From a virus (lineage: Duplodnaviria; Caudoviricetes), in the IMG/VR virus record IMGVR_UViG_3300012986_000064, positions 1 through 63,449 of that record: a stretch of 63,449 bases of DNA, one strand, 5' to 3'. The notes beneath the pieces were generated by a model. The model did no database searches, was not told where the DNA came from, and saw nothing but the letters and a program-made list of their open reading frames with translations. The position numbers and the translations under genes were made by a program. Positions within the stretch are counted from its first letter, which is position 1. Every line of letters begins with the position of its first letter. Positions 1-9,969 of this stretch are shown in pieces.

Positions 1-564
1 ATGAACAAGGAATTAGAAAAATTCTTAACAAATAGGGCAAACGAAGCTGACCGCAAAAAGGCTATGCAAGATGCGCGGCCCAAGGTTGCTGAACAGGCAT
101 TAAAGGAGTATCGCGCGCTGGGCACCACGATGAAAAGCCTAGTCGATAAGTTCAATGCCAGTGCCCTGGCTCAAAAGACTGAGGTAACTCTTATTCTGGA
201 AGGGCCTAAGCACCGCACCGATGAACATCTTTTCGTTTTGCATGCACGGGGAGGTAAAGCTGGGTCTAAATCGGAGGCATTGTTAATATCCTTTATTAAC
301 ACCGAAGACTTTGATAGCATGAAGATGCATGTAGGCCACTGGGATGGCAACTTAGTACTTTCAGCACTTGATAGTCATCTATCAGGATACGCGCCAGATG
401 AAAAGCCAAGGCGGAAGAAAGTAGAAGAATATAAAGTGGTGCAACTTGACTCAACGTATGTATGGGTTATGGATAAAGTTGCTCCCGAAAATGGGACGCC
501 ATTTGAAAATGTGTTCAATGACCTGGTGCATAAGCTTGTTGTCTTTAACATGACCGATGTATAG
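1..564 (+). CDS. Hypothetical moron protein (187 aa)
   Basis: AT-rich ORF convergent on TMP1, separated from it by a bidirectional terminator. Confidence 0.75.
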   Translation: MNKELEKFLTNRANEADRKKAMQDARPKVAEQALKEYRALGTTMKSLVDKFNASALAQKTEVTLILEGPKHRTDEHLFVLHARGGKAGSKSEALLISFINTEDFDSMKMHVGHWDGNLVLSALDSHLSGYAPDEKPRRKKVEEYKVVQLDSTYVWVMDKVAPENGTPFENVFNDLVHKLVVFNMTDV

Positions 565-575
565 AACAGGTTTAT

Positions 576-611
576 AAAAAAGCCCCGACCTATTTAGGTC
601 GGGGCTTTTTT
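576..611. terminator. Bidirectional intrinsic terminator
   Basis: AAAAAAGCCCCGACCTA-TT-TAGGTCGGGGCTTTTTT, perfect hairpin with A and T tracts between convergent genes. Confidence 0.9.
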
Positions 612-612
612 A

Positions 613-3600
613 TTACCCGCGTTCATGGTAGCGGCTATTCATTTCCTCTACCCACGTATTGTCCTTGCGGGTCCAGGTGCGCAACCCGTCCTCGGTCAGC
701 CGCTGCTCAGGCCGCGACAGGATGGCATCGACAATCCTATCCGCATCAATGCGGCTGGCCTGGTAGGCAGCGCGGGCCTCGGCTGCTTCGCGCGAACTGC
801 TGCGCCCGGCCGAATGTACGCGCAGCGCCGTGGTTTGGCGCTCCATGTCGGCGTGCTCTTTCCGGGCCACCAGCCGCCCATTTATCAGGTCGTTTTCCTG
901 CAGCAGCTGCTCGGTGCGACCGGCCGTGTACACCTTGTCGCCCGCTTCCAGCCGCTGAATGCCTTCCTGGGCCACGAGCCGGAAGCCCCGGCTTTCGTGC
1001 CCGACCAGCTCCGGGCCCCGCTCGGCAACCAGCGCGTATTCGGCCGGGCCACTTTCCCGGCCTTTGTAGTAGGTGGGCAGGGGCTTGGCCGCAATGGCCA
1101 CGGCCTGCGCCACGCCCTGGGCAATGACGAGCGCCGCCAGCACGCCGGCGCTTACCCCGAAGTCTGCGTAGCGGGTGCCGCCCCCGGTGCTGAGCACCGA
1201 CGTTACGGCCTGCGCCGTGTTCAGGGCCACGTTGAACAGGGCCTGCGCCTTGTCGTACTCGGCCTGCTTGCGCCGTGCCGCCAGCTCGCGCCGACGGTAG
1301 TTTTCCTCAATCTGCTGCCGTAGCTCGGCATTCTCGCCGGCCACGGACAGTTCCTGTTCTTTCGAGTGCTGCAGGTTGGCCAGCTCTTCCGCCCGCCGGT
1401 CGTTGCCGTACTGAAAGAAGATGTCGCTGAACGCCTGGGTTTGCTCCAGGCTGGTGCGTAGAATATCCTCGCGCTTCTGGGCCGCTTCGCGGTCCAGGTC
1501 CTCGGCCTGCTGATTCTCGCGGCGCTTGATTTCCAGCCGCAGCGCCGCGGCTTCCCGCTGCTTGGTAACGTCCTTGTCGAGGTTGGTCAGCTTGTCGCGC
1601 AGGTACTGCGTTTCCAGCCCAAACACGGCCCGCTGGTAGCCCCGCTCGGTGTAGAGGCCCAGCGCCCGGGCGTTTTCCAGCTTGGTCTGCTGCTCGGTGT
1701 AGCGTTTGTCCAGGTCGCTGTTGCTCAGGTCCGCGTTGGGGTTGCGGGTCTTGCGCAGCTGCTCGGCAATGGCCGCATCCTCCTGCGCCTGAATCTGCTT
1801 TAGCACTTCCGCGTCGCCTTTGGCCGCGTTGCGCTTAATGGCCGATTCTATCAGGACGATTTCAATGCGCTTGGCACTGGCATCGAGCAGGGCCTGCTGC
1901 CGCTCTTCGGCGCTGCGGTTTTCGTCTTCGCCGATGCGCTCCAAGGCCTGGGCCTCTTCGTCGAGCACCTGCTTATCGACTTCGGCCAGCTGGGCCGCGG
2001 TTTCGTGGGTTAATGCCAGCAGTGCCGCGTCGGAGCTGATGTTGAGGGCCTTGATTTTGGCCAGGAACTGCTCGTGGATGTGCTGCCGCTCCACACGCAG
2101 GGCCTTATCCCCATTTACCAGCTTGGCGTTGCGCACCGCCGCCTGCCGCAACTCTTCCTGCTCTTCGAGGGCTGCAATCTGCCGGCGGGTTTCGGCCGCT
2201 TTCTGCACGGCGCGGGTGCGTACCTCGTCAGAGTTGGCGTCGTTGCCGGCCTGCCGGTCGTAGTCGGCCGCTTTCTGCTCGAGGCGGAATTTCTGCAACT
2301 CAAATTCAGCGTGCAGCACGTCGGCTACCGACTGCTTTTTCTTCTTGTCGGCTTTCACCGAGTCGTCTACTTTCTCCGTCTGGTCTTTCGTCGACTGGGT
2401 GAGCAGGGCAAACGCGCCTTCCGCATCGAGCCCCAGCCGGGCCAGCTGCCGCAGCACCTCGTCCCGCTTTTTCTCCGAAAACACGGCCTTATCCGTCGCG
2501 GCGGCGCTGCGGGTGGTCAGGTCCAGGTACTCTTTGTAGGTCTGCACGACTTCCGGCGTTACCCGGTCATCGGGTGCCCCGTACAGGGCCGGGTTGCTGG
2601 CTTTTTCGGCCTGCACCCGCATCACGCGCAAAATATCGGCTTGCCCCTGCAGGCCGGTCGCAGCCGTCAGGGAGCGCTCGCGAATAGATGCTTCCTCCTG
2701 TAGGGCGGATGCCAGGGCAGCAGCGGCCTCGCGCTCCTCTTCGAAGCCCTTCAGGCGCTTGGCCAGGTTGGTGGCATCCTCCGTGAACTTGTCGCGGTTG
2801 GCCTTGGTGTTGCGGGCGACAGCGGCCGTGTTCAGGTCGTACTGCCCGGTCTGCCTGTTAAGCACCACGGCCGTTTCGCCCAGCCGGTCTTTCAGCTGCA
2901 GCACGGTTTCGCGCAGCTGCTGCTGCTCGGCATCGGTCCGCTGGGTGATGCTGTTGAGGCGCGTAAAGCGAGCCATCAGCGCATCGGTGCCGTCGGCAAA
3001 CTGCCGGGCCTTCAATGCCGACGTGGCCAGCCCTTCGCCCAGGTCGGCAATGGGGGGCTTGCTCAGGCCCACCAGGCGGGGAATGGCCCCGAAGCCCTTG
3101 CTAAAGTTCAGCGAGGCCCGGGCCCCATCAACCAGCCACTTCAGCGATGCCGCGCCGGCCCCGCTGGTGAAGAAGTTGCTTACGTCGTTTTTGAGCTTTG
3201 CCCACGAGCCGGCCAGGTTGTCGTTTTTAATGGCAGCCTCCGCTGCCAGTGATGTGCCCTGCTCCAGCTGCTCATTGGCAATGGCCTGCTTTTCGGCCAG
3301 CAGGTCCACGTTTTTGGCCAGCGTGGTAATTACCGACTTCGCTTCCCCGCTCTGCAGCTTCAGCGTACCCAGCAGGCTGTTGAACCTGGTGGTGCTGGTG
3401 CCGCCCTCGCGCAGGCCGCGCAGGAACAGGGTAATGGCGCCCTGAAAATCGTTGTTCACCAGCCGCTTGAATTCCTTCAGCGTCAGGTTGGAATCCGCGA
3501 GCTTGGCAATCTTGAACGATTCTTCGGAGCGGGTGCTGAGTGTATTAAACAGCCGGTTCAGCGACGTGCCGCTGACCTCGGCATTAAAACCGGTTTCCTG

Positions 3601-5097
3601 CAACACGGCCGCATACGCCAGCACGTCTTTCAGGCCCAGCTCCGCATTGGAGGCCACGGCCCCGGTGCGCAGGGCCACGTCGGTGAGGAACGGTGCCGTC
3701 GCGGCGCCGCTGGCTCCCAGCTCATTCACGGCGGAGCCGATGCGCCGGATGTTGTCGGGCACATCGTCGCCCAGCTCCTTGCGGAAGACGGTGCCAATCT
3801 TGCCGATTTCGGTGGCAATCTGCTCGGCCCCGCCCTGAAAGTCATCCTCCAGCGCCTGCACGGCCACGTCGACTTCGCGCGTAAAGTCGCCGATGTCTTT
3901 GCCAGCAATGCCCAACTGGCCGCCTACTTTGGCAATGTCGAGCAGCCCGGCCAGGGTGGTGCGGGTGTTCAGGGCCTTCAGGCTCTCGGTGAGCTGGTCG
4001 GTGGCGTCGGCCGATAGCTGCGTGGTTTTGCGCACATCAGCTATCTGGTCGGAGTACTCGGCTACGCTCTCAAACGTCTGGCCCAGGGCGCCAATCAGGG
4101 CCGTTACGCCCAGGAAGGACGTAACCAGCGACTGGCCCATGCCCGCCGCGCCACTGATGAAGCTGTTGGAGGCGGCGCCCCCGTTGCGGGCCGCCGCGCC
4201 GTACTTGTTGAGCTCGCCGGTGATGCTGCGCAATTCGGCTTCGGTGCGGTCGATTTCGGCCCGCAGCTTGCGGTTTTCCTCGGCACTGATGTGGCTGGCA
4301 TTGGCCTGCATCTTCAGGGCCTGCACCTCGCGGGTCAGCGCCTCGCGCTTATGGTTGAGGGCCGTCGTGGCTTCGATGATGCCACGGGCGTAGGAACCCA
4401 CCTCCCGGAAGTTCTGATTCAGCTCCCGGTCGAAATCCTTCAGCTTTTGGGTATTGTCGAAGAATTCCTTCTTCATCCGGGCCGCCGCCTCGTTGGTGGC
4501 ATCGAAGCCACCGGGCAAGGCCCGGATTTTATCACCCAGCTTTTCGGTTTCGATGCGCAGGCGGTTGTAAGAGCCCGCGACGGCCGTGAACTCCGAGTTG
4601 GCCCCGCGAATCGCTTTGCTGAGCTGATCGGTGTCGCGCTTGTACTGCTGCACAGCCAGCGCCGCCTTGGTGATGCGCTCGGCATCGTTGGCCGCGTAGG
4701 CTTCTTTCAGCTCTTTCTGCAGGGCACGCAGGGCCGCTGTAGCTTCCTTGTCGGCATTGGTCGCAGCCTGCCGGATGCTGGCCTGACCCCGCAGGGCGGC
4801 CTGGTAGTCCTGCTGCTCTTTGGCCAGCTTGTTAACCTCCGCGCTGAGCCGGGCAAGGCTGGCCCGCTCGGCTTCGCTGGTGGTGTTGAGTTGTTCGGCC
4901 TGCTGCCGCAGCGCCTGGGTGCCGGTGGTGATGGCTTGCAGGCCCGCGCCAATGCGCTGCCCGTCGGACTCCAGGTTTTTGCCCAGAACTTTCACATACC
5001 GGCTCAGGGTCGCGACGGATTTACCCAGCTCGTCAAGCTCAGCACGGCCTGGGCCGGTGGGTCCGAATAATTCGTCGAAAGAAATAGGTCCAGCCAT
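613..5097 (-). CDS. Tape measure protein 1 (TMP1, ~1494 aa, TP901-like core)
   Basis: Long Ala-rich coiled coil with core ADVRKTT...LLDIAKVGGQLGI...GTSLNRLF and C-terminal ERGPEL motif; start MAGPISF (5097) chosen by homology to the TMP2 N-terminus. Confidence 0.9.
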   Translation of the reverse strand: MAGPISFDELFGPTGPGRAELDELGKSVATLSRYVKVLGKNLESDGQRIGAGLQAITTGTQALRQQAEQLNTTSEAERASLARLSAEVNKLAKEQQDYQAALRGQASIRQAATNADKEATAALRALQKELKEAYAANDAERITKAALAVQQYKRDTDQLSKAIRGANSEFTAVAGSYNRLRIETEKLGDKIRALPGGFDATNEAAARMKKEFFDNTQKLKDFDRELNQNFREVGSYARGIIEATTALNHKREALTREVQALKMQANASHISAEENRKLRAEIDRTEAELRSITGELNKYGAAARNGGAASNSFISGAAGMGQSLVTSFLGVTALIGALGQTFESVAEYSDQIADVRKTTQLSADATDQLTESLKALNTRTTLAGLLDIAKVGGQLGIAGKDIGDFTREVDVAVQALEDDFQGGAEQIATEIGKIGTVFRKELGDDVPDNIRRIGSAVNELGASGAATAPFLTDVALRTGAVASNAELGLKDVLAYAAVLQETGFNAEVSGTSLNRLFNTLSTRSEESFKIAKLADSNLTLKEFKRLVNNDFQGAITLFLRGLREGGTSTTRFNSLLGTLKLQSGEAKSVITTLAKNVDLLAEKQAIANEQLEQGTSLAAEAAIKNDNLAGSWAKLKNDVSNFFTSGAGAASLKWLVDGARASLNFSKGFGAIPRLVGLSKPPIADLGEGLATSALKARQFADGTDALMARFTRLNSITQRTDAEQQQLRETVLQLKDRLGETAVVLNRQTGQYDLNTAAVARNTKANRDKFTEDATNLAKRLKGFEEEREAAAALASALQEEASIRERSLTAATGLQGQADILRVMRVQAEKASNPALYGAPDDRVTPEVVQTYKEYLDLTTRSAAATDKAVFSEKKRDEVLRQLARLGLDAEGAFALLTQSTKDQTEKVDDSVKADKKKKQSVADVLHAEFELQKFRLEQKAADYDRQAGNDANSDEVRTRAVQKAAETRRQIAALEEQEELRQAAVRNAKLVNGDKALRVERQHIHEQFLAKIKALNISSDAALLALTHETAAQLAEVDKQVLDEEAQALERIGEDENRSAEERQQALLDASAKRIEIVLIESAIKRNAAKGDAEVLKQIQAQEDAAIAEQLRKTRNPNADLSNSDLDKRYTEQQTKLENARALGLYTERGYQRAVFGLETQYLRDKLTNLDKDVTKQREAAALRLEIKRRENQQAEDLDREAAQKREDILRTSLEQTQAFSDIFFQYGNDRRAEELANLQHSKEQELSVAGENAELRQQIEENYRRRELAARRKQAEYDKAQALFNVALNTAQAVTSVLSTGGGTRYADFGVSAGVLAALVIAQGVAQAVAIAAKPLPTYYKGRESGPAEYALVAERGPELVGHESRGFRLVAQEGIQRLEAGDKVYTAGRTEQLLQENDLINGRLVARKEHADMERQTTALRVHSAGRSSSREAAEARAAYQASRIDADRIVDAILSRPEQRLTEDGLRTWTRKDNTWVEEMNSRYHERG

Positions 5098-5099
5098 AA

Positions 5100-5459
5100 C
5101 TACGGATGCATTAGTAAGGTGTAGCTGATGCCGGCGAGAAGGGCAGCACCGGCCCAATTGAGCAGCCCCCGCCGGCGGGCGCGGGCTTTCCAGGTAGCGG
5201 CCTGTCGGCTCTGCTCGTCGAAGGCGGCCACGGCCGTCAGCCACGCCACGGTTGTGGTGCGCAGCTGCAGGGAATCAGCTTCGTAGGCCGCTTTGTAGTG
5301 GCCCGCCGCTACCGCAAAATCCCGCCGCTGCCGGCGCAGGGTGGTCAGCGTGTCGGCCAGGCGCACCCGCGTTGCTGGTGCCAGGCAGCGGAACTCAGAG
5401 GGTTGACAGTACACTGTCTGAGTAGTGCACAGTAGCAGGAGTAACAGGAGTAGGCGCAT
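5100..5459 (-). CDS. Spanin-like lysis protein (signal peptide, helix, C-terminal TM)
   Basis: MRLLLLLLLLC N-terminus; C-terminal hydrophobic segment; last gene of the holin cluster, overlapping the upstream gene. Confidence 0.5.
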   Translation of the reverse strand: MRLLLLLLLLCTTQTVYCQPSEFRCLAPATRVRLADTLTTLRRQRRDFAVAAGHYKAAYEADSLQLRTTTVAWLTAVAAFDEQSRQAATWKARARRRGLLNWAGAALLAGISYTLLMHP

Positions 5460-5652
5460 GGGGAGCAGTGGCACGGTGAAGGGCAGCGCGGCCGAGTTGG
5501 GCCGCTGCTGCGCCGGGGTTTGGGTTGGGGGTGGGGTTGGCCGTTGTAGCGGGCGGGGCGTAGGCCACCAGCCAGAACAGCAGGGCCACCAGGGCAGCCA
5601 AGCCGCACAGGCCCATGGCGACGGGCAGCCAGGACGGGGAGTAGGCTTTCAT
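5395..5652 (-). CDS. Inner-membrane spanin-like protein (N-terminal TM, Pro-rich tail)
   Basis: MKAYSPSWLPVAMGLCGLAALVALLFWLV then Pro/Thr-rich; position downstream of the holin. Confidence 0.45.
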   Translation of the reverse strand: MKAYSPSWLPVAMGLCGLAALVALLFWLVAYAPPATTANPTPNPNPGAAAAQLGRAALHRATAPHAPTPVTPATVHYSDSVLSTL

Positions 5653-5654
5653 GG

Positions 5655-6104
5655 CTATTCCGTCTGGGTGGTGGTTTCTACCTTGGTCGTAGTGGTAGCC
5701 GTGGGGGTGGGCCCCGGCACTGGCTGCCCTGTCAGCCCGGCCTGCTGCACGTCGGCTTCGGCCTTGATTTTCTTCGTGTTTTCGTACATGTTGAACCCAT
5801 GCCCAGCAGCCAGGTAGGTGAGTAGCGGCCAGAGCACGTCCGGCTGCCACTTATCGGTCAGGCAGCCGCGGACCACAATGGCCCCCACGTACATGGTCAC
5901 GGCCCACAGGCTGAGCTGCTTGCCGTCCGCGCGCCCGCGGGGGTCGGTGAAGCTCTCGCCAAAGAAGCCGGCCAGCTCACGGATGAATTGGCGGTTGAGC
6001 AGCCAGGCCACGCAGAGCCCAACGGCCAGCCCTGCCAGGCAGGCCAGCACGGCGCCCATAACGGTAGGCGAGAAGGAGGAGAAAAAAGCGATGGGCTCTT
6101 GCAT
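5655..6104 (-). CDS. Holin-like membrane protein (3 TM)
   Basis: Three hydrophobic segments, polar C-tail, lysis-cluster context. Confidence 0.55.
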   Translation of the reverse strand: MQEPIAFFSSFSPTVMGAVLACLAGLAVGLCVAWLLNRQFIRELAGFFGESFTDPRGRADGKQLSLWAVTMYVGAIVVRGCLTDKWQPDVLWPLLTYLAAGHGFNMYENTKKIKAEADVQQAGLTGQPVPGPTPTATTTTKVETTTQTE

Positions 6105-6112
6105 GGCGGGGC

Positions 6113-6505
6113 TTATTTGTCGGAGATAAAATCAGCAAGGGGAATGCCCAGGTGCTGGGCAATGCGCAGCGTCAGCCGCCACTGCTGGCCGTCGAGCTTG
6201 CCCGACTCGTGCAGGTTGCTGAGCACGTCGGCCAGCTGCTGCAGGTAGTGGCGGTACTTCTCGCCCAGCTCGGCCCGCACGTCCTGATTCGCGGTATTGG
6301 CCTTCACCACTTCCCCGTGCAGGCGCTCAGCCGTGGCCTGGTGCGCAGCCTTTTCTTTGAGCAGCTGCACGACCAGCCAACCCACGGCGAGCAGGGCCAG
6401 GGCCAGCAGCACCGACACGACGGCCAGGGCAATGCCCACGTCCCAGAGCAGGGGCAACCCGCGCGTGAGCGCGGTTTCGGCGGCTTTGGTTCCTAGTTCG
6501 TTCAT
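6113..6505 (-). CDS. Holin/antiholin-like protein (1 TM + coiled coil)
   Basis: Single long hydrophobic helix followed by heptad region; ATGA overlap with the upstream gene. Confidence 0.5.
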   Translation of the reverse strand: MNELGTKAAETALTRGLPLLWDVGIALAVVSVLLALALLAVGWLVVQLLKEKAAHQATAERLHGEVVKANTANQDVRAELGEKYRHYLQQLADVLSNLHESGKLDGQQWRLTLRIAQHLGIPLADFISDK

Positions 6506-7365
6506 GCGGCGGGGGTAGAAGTAGAAGAGCGGGGAAAGCGGGATAGCACGTCGTCGAGGTGAGCTTCGGCCCGGCGGGTCAGCTCCTGGTCGCGGGCCGC
6601 AAACAGGGCCCGCACGTTTTCTTCATCGTCGGTGAAGGAGGTGATGCGCAGCACGCTGCCATCGGCCGCGACGTGGTTGCCGGCCGACACGCGCACCCAG
6701 CGCCGCCCGCCATCGGCCGTCAGGAATTCCATGGGGTATTCCACATGCCCCACCTTGCCGACCTGCTTTTTCACCTGCTCGTGCCGCTGCTCGGGCACAA
6801 TGGACGCGCCATGCAGCGACACCAGCCCGTTGCGCTCATCCGTTTCGTAGGCGTAGCCCAGCATGGCACAGGCCCGGCGGTTGGCCGCCGTGATGCGCCA
6901 CCCCAGCGGAGTAGTCGCATCGGGCCGGGAATAGAGCACCCCACAGTTGCTGGCATCAAGGGTGGCATGCAGCAGCCGGTCGCGCTCAATCACGGCCACT
7001 TCCGGGTACAGGCTTTCCAGGGCCCCGCGCCGGGCCCAGCAGTAGCCGGCGAAAGTCAGGGTGAAGATGGCCGCGGCCGTTTTCAGGTAGATGTGGGTAA
7101 CAGCGTTATATAAGCCCAGCGCCTCGTTGATGAATTCAAACGCGAAGGCCCCGGCAATGCTCAGCAGCCAGAAAAACACGATGCGGGCGAAGCTTTTCCC
7201 GTCGACCGTCTGCGCCACCCGGGCCCGCCGGGCCACATACAGCACCGTAGCGGGCAGCAGCACACCAAACGAGGCCGCCAGCAGGGCATTGGCCACCAGG
7301 GCGAGGTACAACACGGGCAGGGGCGTAATGGGCAGGGCGAGCGGAAGCATGGGCGACGGGGGCAA
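6502..7365 (-). CDS. Membrane sensor: 3-TM domain + PAS domain, no output domain
   Basis: PAS signatures ANRRACAMLGY, E(F)LTADGGRRWVRVSA, ITSFTD; three N-terminal TM helices. Confidence 0.75.
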   Translation of the reverse strand: MPPSPMLPLALPITPLPVLYLALVANALLAASFGVLLPATVLYVARRARVAQTVDGKSFARIVFFWLLSIAGAFAFEFINEALGLYNAVTHIYLKTAAAIFTLTFAGYCWARRGALESLYPEVAVIERDRLLHATLDASNCGVLYSRPDATTPLGWRITAANRRACAMLGYAYETDERNGLVSLHGASIVPEQRHEQVKKQVGKVGHVEYPMEFLTADGGRRWVRVSAGNHVAADGSVLRITSFTDDEENVRALFAARDQELTRRAEAHLDDVLSRFPRSSTSTPAA

Positions 7366-7378
7366 AGGGTGGGGGCGA

Positions 7379-7597
7379 CTATTTCAGGCAGTCCGGCACG
7401 GCCTGCGGCACGAAGTCCGTATCGGCCAGCTCTTCCAGGGTGTAGTCGAGGGCGTCGAACAGCGGGGCAAAGTCCACCAGGCACATGGGCGCGAAAGCAA
7501 AGCGGCCGTCCAGCAGCTCGCGGCAAGCGAAGAAGTCGCCGGCCTCATTCTGGTAGCCGTCCGGGGCGGGGTTGGCAGTGGTGATGGCGTAGAGCAT
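7379..7597 (-). CDS. Small acidic protein, possible tail-fibre assembly factor
   Basis: 72-aa ORF tightly packed behind the putative receptor-binding gene. Confidence 0.55.
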   Translation of the reverse strand: MLYAITTANPAPDGYQNEAGDFFACRELLDGRFAFAPMCLVDFAPLFDALDYTLEELADTDFVPQAVPDCLK

Positions 7598-7600
7598 GGA

Positions 7601-8464
7601 TTAGACGTTGCGGCCCAGGGCCGTTAGGCAGGTGATGGCGAGGCTGTCCCAGGCGGCTTCCTGGGTAGCAGAGGCCCCCAGCAGAATGGCGGCCTCGCCC
7701 ATGGTGTGGGGTGAATTGCCGTACACACCGCCCGGGATGCCGGTGGCCCCGAGCAGCACCGAGCGCGTGGGCAGGGTGCCCGCCCCAGAGCCCGCACTGA
7801 GCAGCGTGCCGTTCTTGGTCAGTCGGTTGGTCGTCACGGCTGGCTGGCGGTTCACCGAGTACAGGCCCAGGCCACGCACGGCCGCGTTGGATTCCTGCAC
7901 GTACTGGTCAATGGTGAAGGCTTTGCAGTAGGCCACGTCGTTAAGCGAGCCCCCGGCGTTGTTGCGCCCCGATAGCGCAAACGTGGCAGAGCCCGAGGAA
8001 ACGGCCCCCATGTCGTAGCAGTCCCCGCCCAGCGCATTGCTACGGGAATAGTAGTACAGCCCCATGCCGGTGGTGAGGCTGCCCGCCACGGACGGAACTA
8101 GCAGCGTGTCGGCGTACTGCGTGGTGCCGTTCCAGGCCATGCCCCCGCCAAAAGGCGTCGGGCTGCCGTAGAGCACCAGCCGGTAGGCAGCATCCAGGTC
8201 GCGCGGGTCTTTGGCGTTGAGCTTGTTGGCGGCCGTGGTCGCGCCCAGGCAGGGCCACCAACCTAAAACGAGGCCCTGCAGCCCCGCATCCTTGATGCCT
8301 TGGAAGCGGTTATTGATGGCCGTCCAAATCTGTGCCCCCGTGCGCTCGTAGCTCGTGCCGGCGTAGAGTGACGAGCCGTCGTTTGGAATGCCGGCCGCTG
8401 TCAGGTAGGCGTAGGCATCCGCATCAAAGCCACTGCCGAGCAAAGTGTGTCGTCTGCTGCCCAT
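7601..8464 (-). CDS. Putative tail/receptor-binding protein (beta-rich, LamG/ConA-like)
   Basis: Gly/Ser/Thr-rich beta protein, WNGTTQYADT motif, tail-operon position. Confidence 0.55.
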   Translation of the reverse strand: MGSRRHTLLGSGFDADAYAYLTAAGIPNDGSSLYAGTSYERTGAQIWTAINNRFQGIKDAGLQGLVLGWWPCLGATTAANKLNAKDPRDLDAAYRLVLYGSPTPFGGGMAWNGTTQYADTLLVPSVAGSLTTGMGLYYYSRSNALGGDCYDMGAVSSGSATFALSGRNNAGGSLNDVAYCKAFTIDQYVQESNAAVRGLGLYSVNRQPAVTTNRLTKNGTLLSAGSGAGTLPTRSVLLGATGIPGGVYGNSPHTMGEAAILLGASATQEAAWDSLAITCLTALGRNV

Positions 8465-8466
8465 CG

Positions 8467-9960
8467 CTAGTAGGTTTTAGAAGCCCAGTAGAAATAGGTG
8501 CCGTCGTAGAGCCAGCTCAGCTCGGTCACGGCGTTGGCCGTATTACCCACACTATAGGAGCCCTTGCTGTTTGCAGGTGGCGTCAGCGTATAGACCGTGG
8601 CAGTAGCGTCGTGCGTAATCAGGATGATGCCCGTAGCCCCACTCACAGCCCCCGTAATGGCCAGCGTGGTGTTGGCGGCCAAAGGCATCGTATAGTTGGG
8701 GTTCAGCTTGCCGCCAGTGGCCAGCGTCACCGTGCCTGACACGGCTGCGGGCGCAGCACTGAAGGCGGGGTCGTACTTGGCAATGGCGGCCGTGTTGGTG
8801 CTGATATTGGCCGTGTTGGTGCTGACTGTGCCAAACACCTCATTGATGGCAGCAACCAGGTTGCCTTTGGCTGTGGTACTCAGGCTGGCCAGCGTGCCGA
8901 TGTTGCTGACAATGGTTGTAGTGAGGGCCTTCAGCTCATTGATGGCCGCTACTACGCTTGTCTTTATTGTAGTCGTGAGAGCGGCCAGGCTGCCTACTTT
9001 CACGTCCGTCGCCAGCATGTTGTTGGTGATGGAGTCGTTGGCAATCACCACGCCCGTATCGACGGTGAACGTCCCAGCAGCCACGTCAACCGTGCCGTAC
9101 TCAATCGTGCTGGCCGTGGGCAGCCGCACCCCCCGCGGGTGAAACTGCCGGTTGCTGGCTGCATACACCTGCACTTCCCCGCCGGGGAAGTTGTAGATGT
9201 CGTACCGCTTGGCTTTCTCCAGGGTATGCGCCGCCATCGTCGACTGTGCCAGGCTCAGCGACACCGACAGCGTGGGCAGGTAGGTCGTGCCGGTACTGGG
9301 CGAAATCTCTTTGTAGTTGGCATCCTCGCCCCCCAGCGGCGGCTCCGGCACCAGGGCCGGGCTACCGCTCGGAAACAACTGATGCTTCACCACAAACAGG
9401 CGAATTATGCTATCCGAGCCTTCGTATTTCACCTCCCAACCCGTGTTCTGCACAATCGTGCGGTCCAGCGAGCGGTAGGCGGCGTACTGTGCCTGCGGGG
9501 CCGTTTCCGGGTACCACTCGCACAGCACCCGGTCGTTCTGCGCCGGGTCGGCCGGGGCGCCGCCGGCATTCCAGAAGCCAAATACCGAGCCATTGCCCGA
9601 CTGCGCCACCAGCACAAACACCGCCGGTGAGGCCGTTTGCCCGGCTTGCAGCTCCAGGGGCGTGGCCGGGTTGTTGACCCGCACGCGGGTACCTACCACA
9701 AGGCTTTCCGGCGCGAGCCCGCTCCGGGTAGTGGCCCAGGTTGGCATGCCCACCCAGGGCTGCAGGTAGTCTACTTTCTTATCGGCCCCGCGCAGGCGGT
9801 TGGCGTTGAACAGCGTTGCATCGCCCAGGCCGCTGGGCGCCTGAGCCGGCAGGTACCGGTACTCCCGGTCCGTGTCCGGGTCGTAGAAAAACAGGATGCC
9901 GTTGGCGGGCACCGTGCCGGTCCACACCGGAAGGTCGCGGATGTCTTTATTGAGCGCCAT
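8467..9960 (-). CDS. Tail fibre protein
   Basis: Repeats GSLAALTTTIKTSVVAAINEL / GTLASLSTTAKGNLVAAINEV; C-terminal LSWLYDGTYFY. Confidence 0.7.
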   Translation of the reverse strand: MALNKDIRDLPVWTGTVPANGILFFYDPDTDREYRYLPAQAPSGLGDATLFNANRLRGADKKVDYLQPWVGMPTWATTRSGLAPESLVVGTRVRVNNPATPLELQAGQTASPAVFVLVAQSGNGSVFGFWNAGGAPADPAQNDRVLCEWYPETAPQAQYAAYRSLDRTIVQNTGWEVKYEGSDSIIRLFVVKHQLFPSGSPALVPEPPLGGEDANYKEISPSTGTTYLPTLSVSLSLAQSTMAAHTLEKAKRYDIYNFPGGEVQVYAASNRQFHPRGVRLPTASTIEYGTVDVAAGTFTVDTGVVIANDSITNNMLATDVKVGSLAALTTTIKTSVVAAINELKALTTTIVSNIGTLASLSTTAKGNLVAAINEVFGTVSTNTANISTNTAAIAKYDPAFSAAPAAVSGTVTLATGGKLNPNYTMPLAANTTLAITGAVSGATGIILITHDATATVYTLTPPANSKGSYSVGNTANAVTELSWLYDGTYFYWASKTY

Positions 9961-9969
9961 GCCAGAGAA

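Noticed and set aside
625-5128. Many long + strand ORFs opposite TMP1, and similar ones opposite portal, capsid, terL and the MTase
   Set aside because: Shadow ORFs expected antisense to GC-rich genes; no recognisable motifs
5098-5244. 49-aa N-terminal extension of TMP1 in the ORF track
   Set aside because: Overlaps the upstream lysis gene; homology to TMP2 starts at MAGPISF (5097)
8835-9000. Internal repeat VVAAINE/LVAAINE
   Set aside because: Common tail-fibre shaft repeat; not unusual
7601-9960. Diversity-generating retroelement or shufflon at the tail fibre
   Set aside because: No reverse transcriptase, TR/VR pair, invertase or alternative C-terminal cassettes seen
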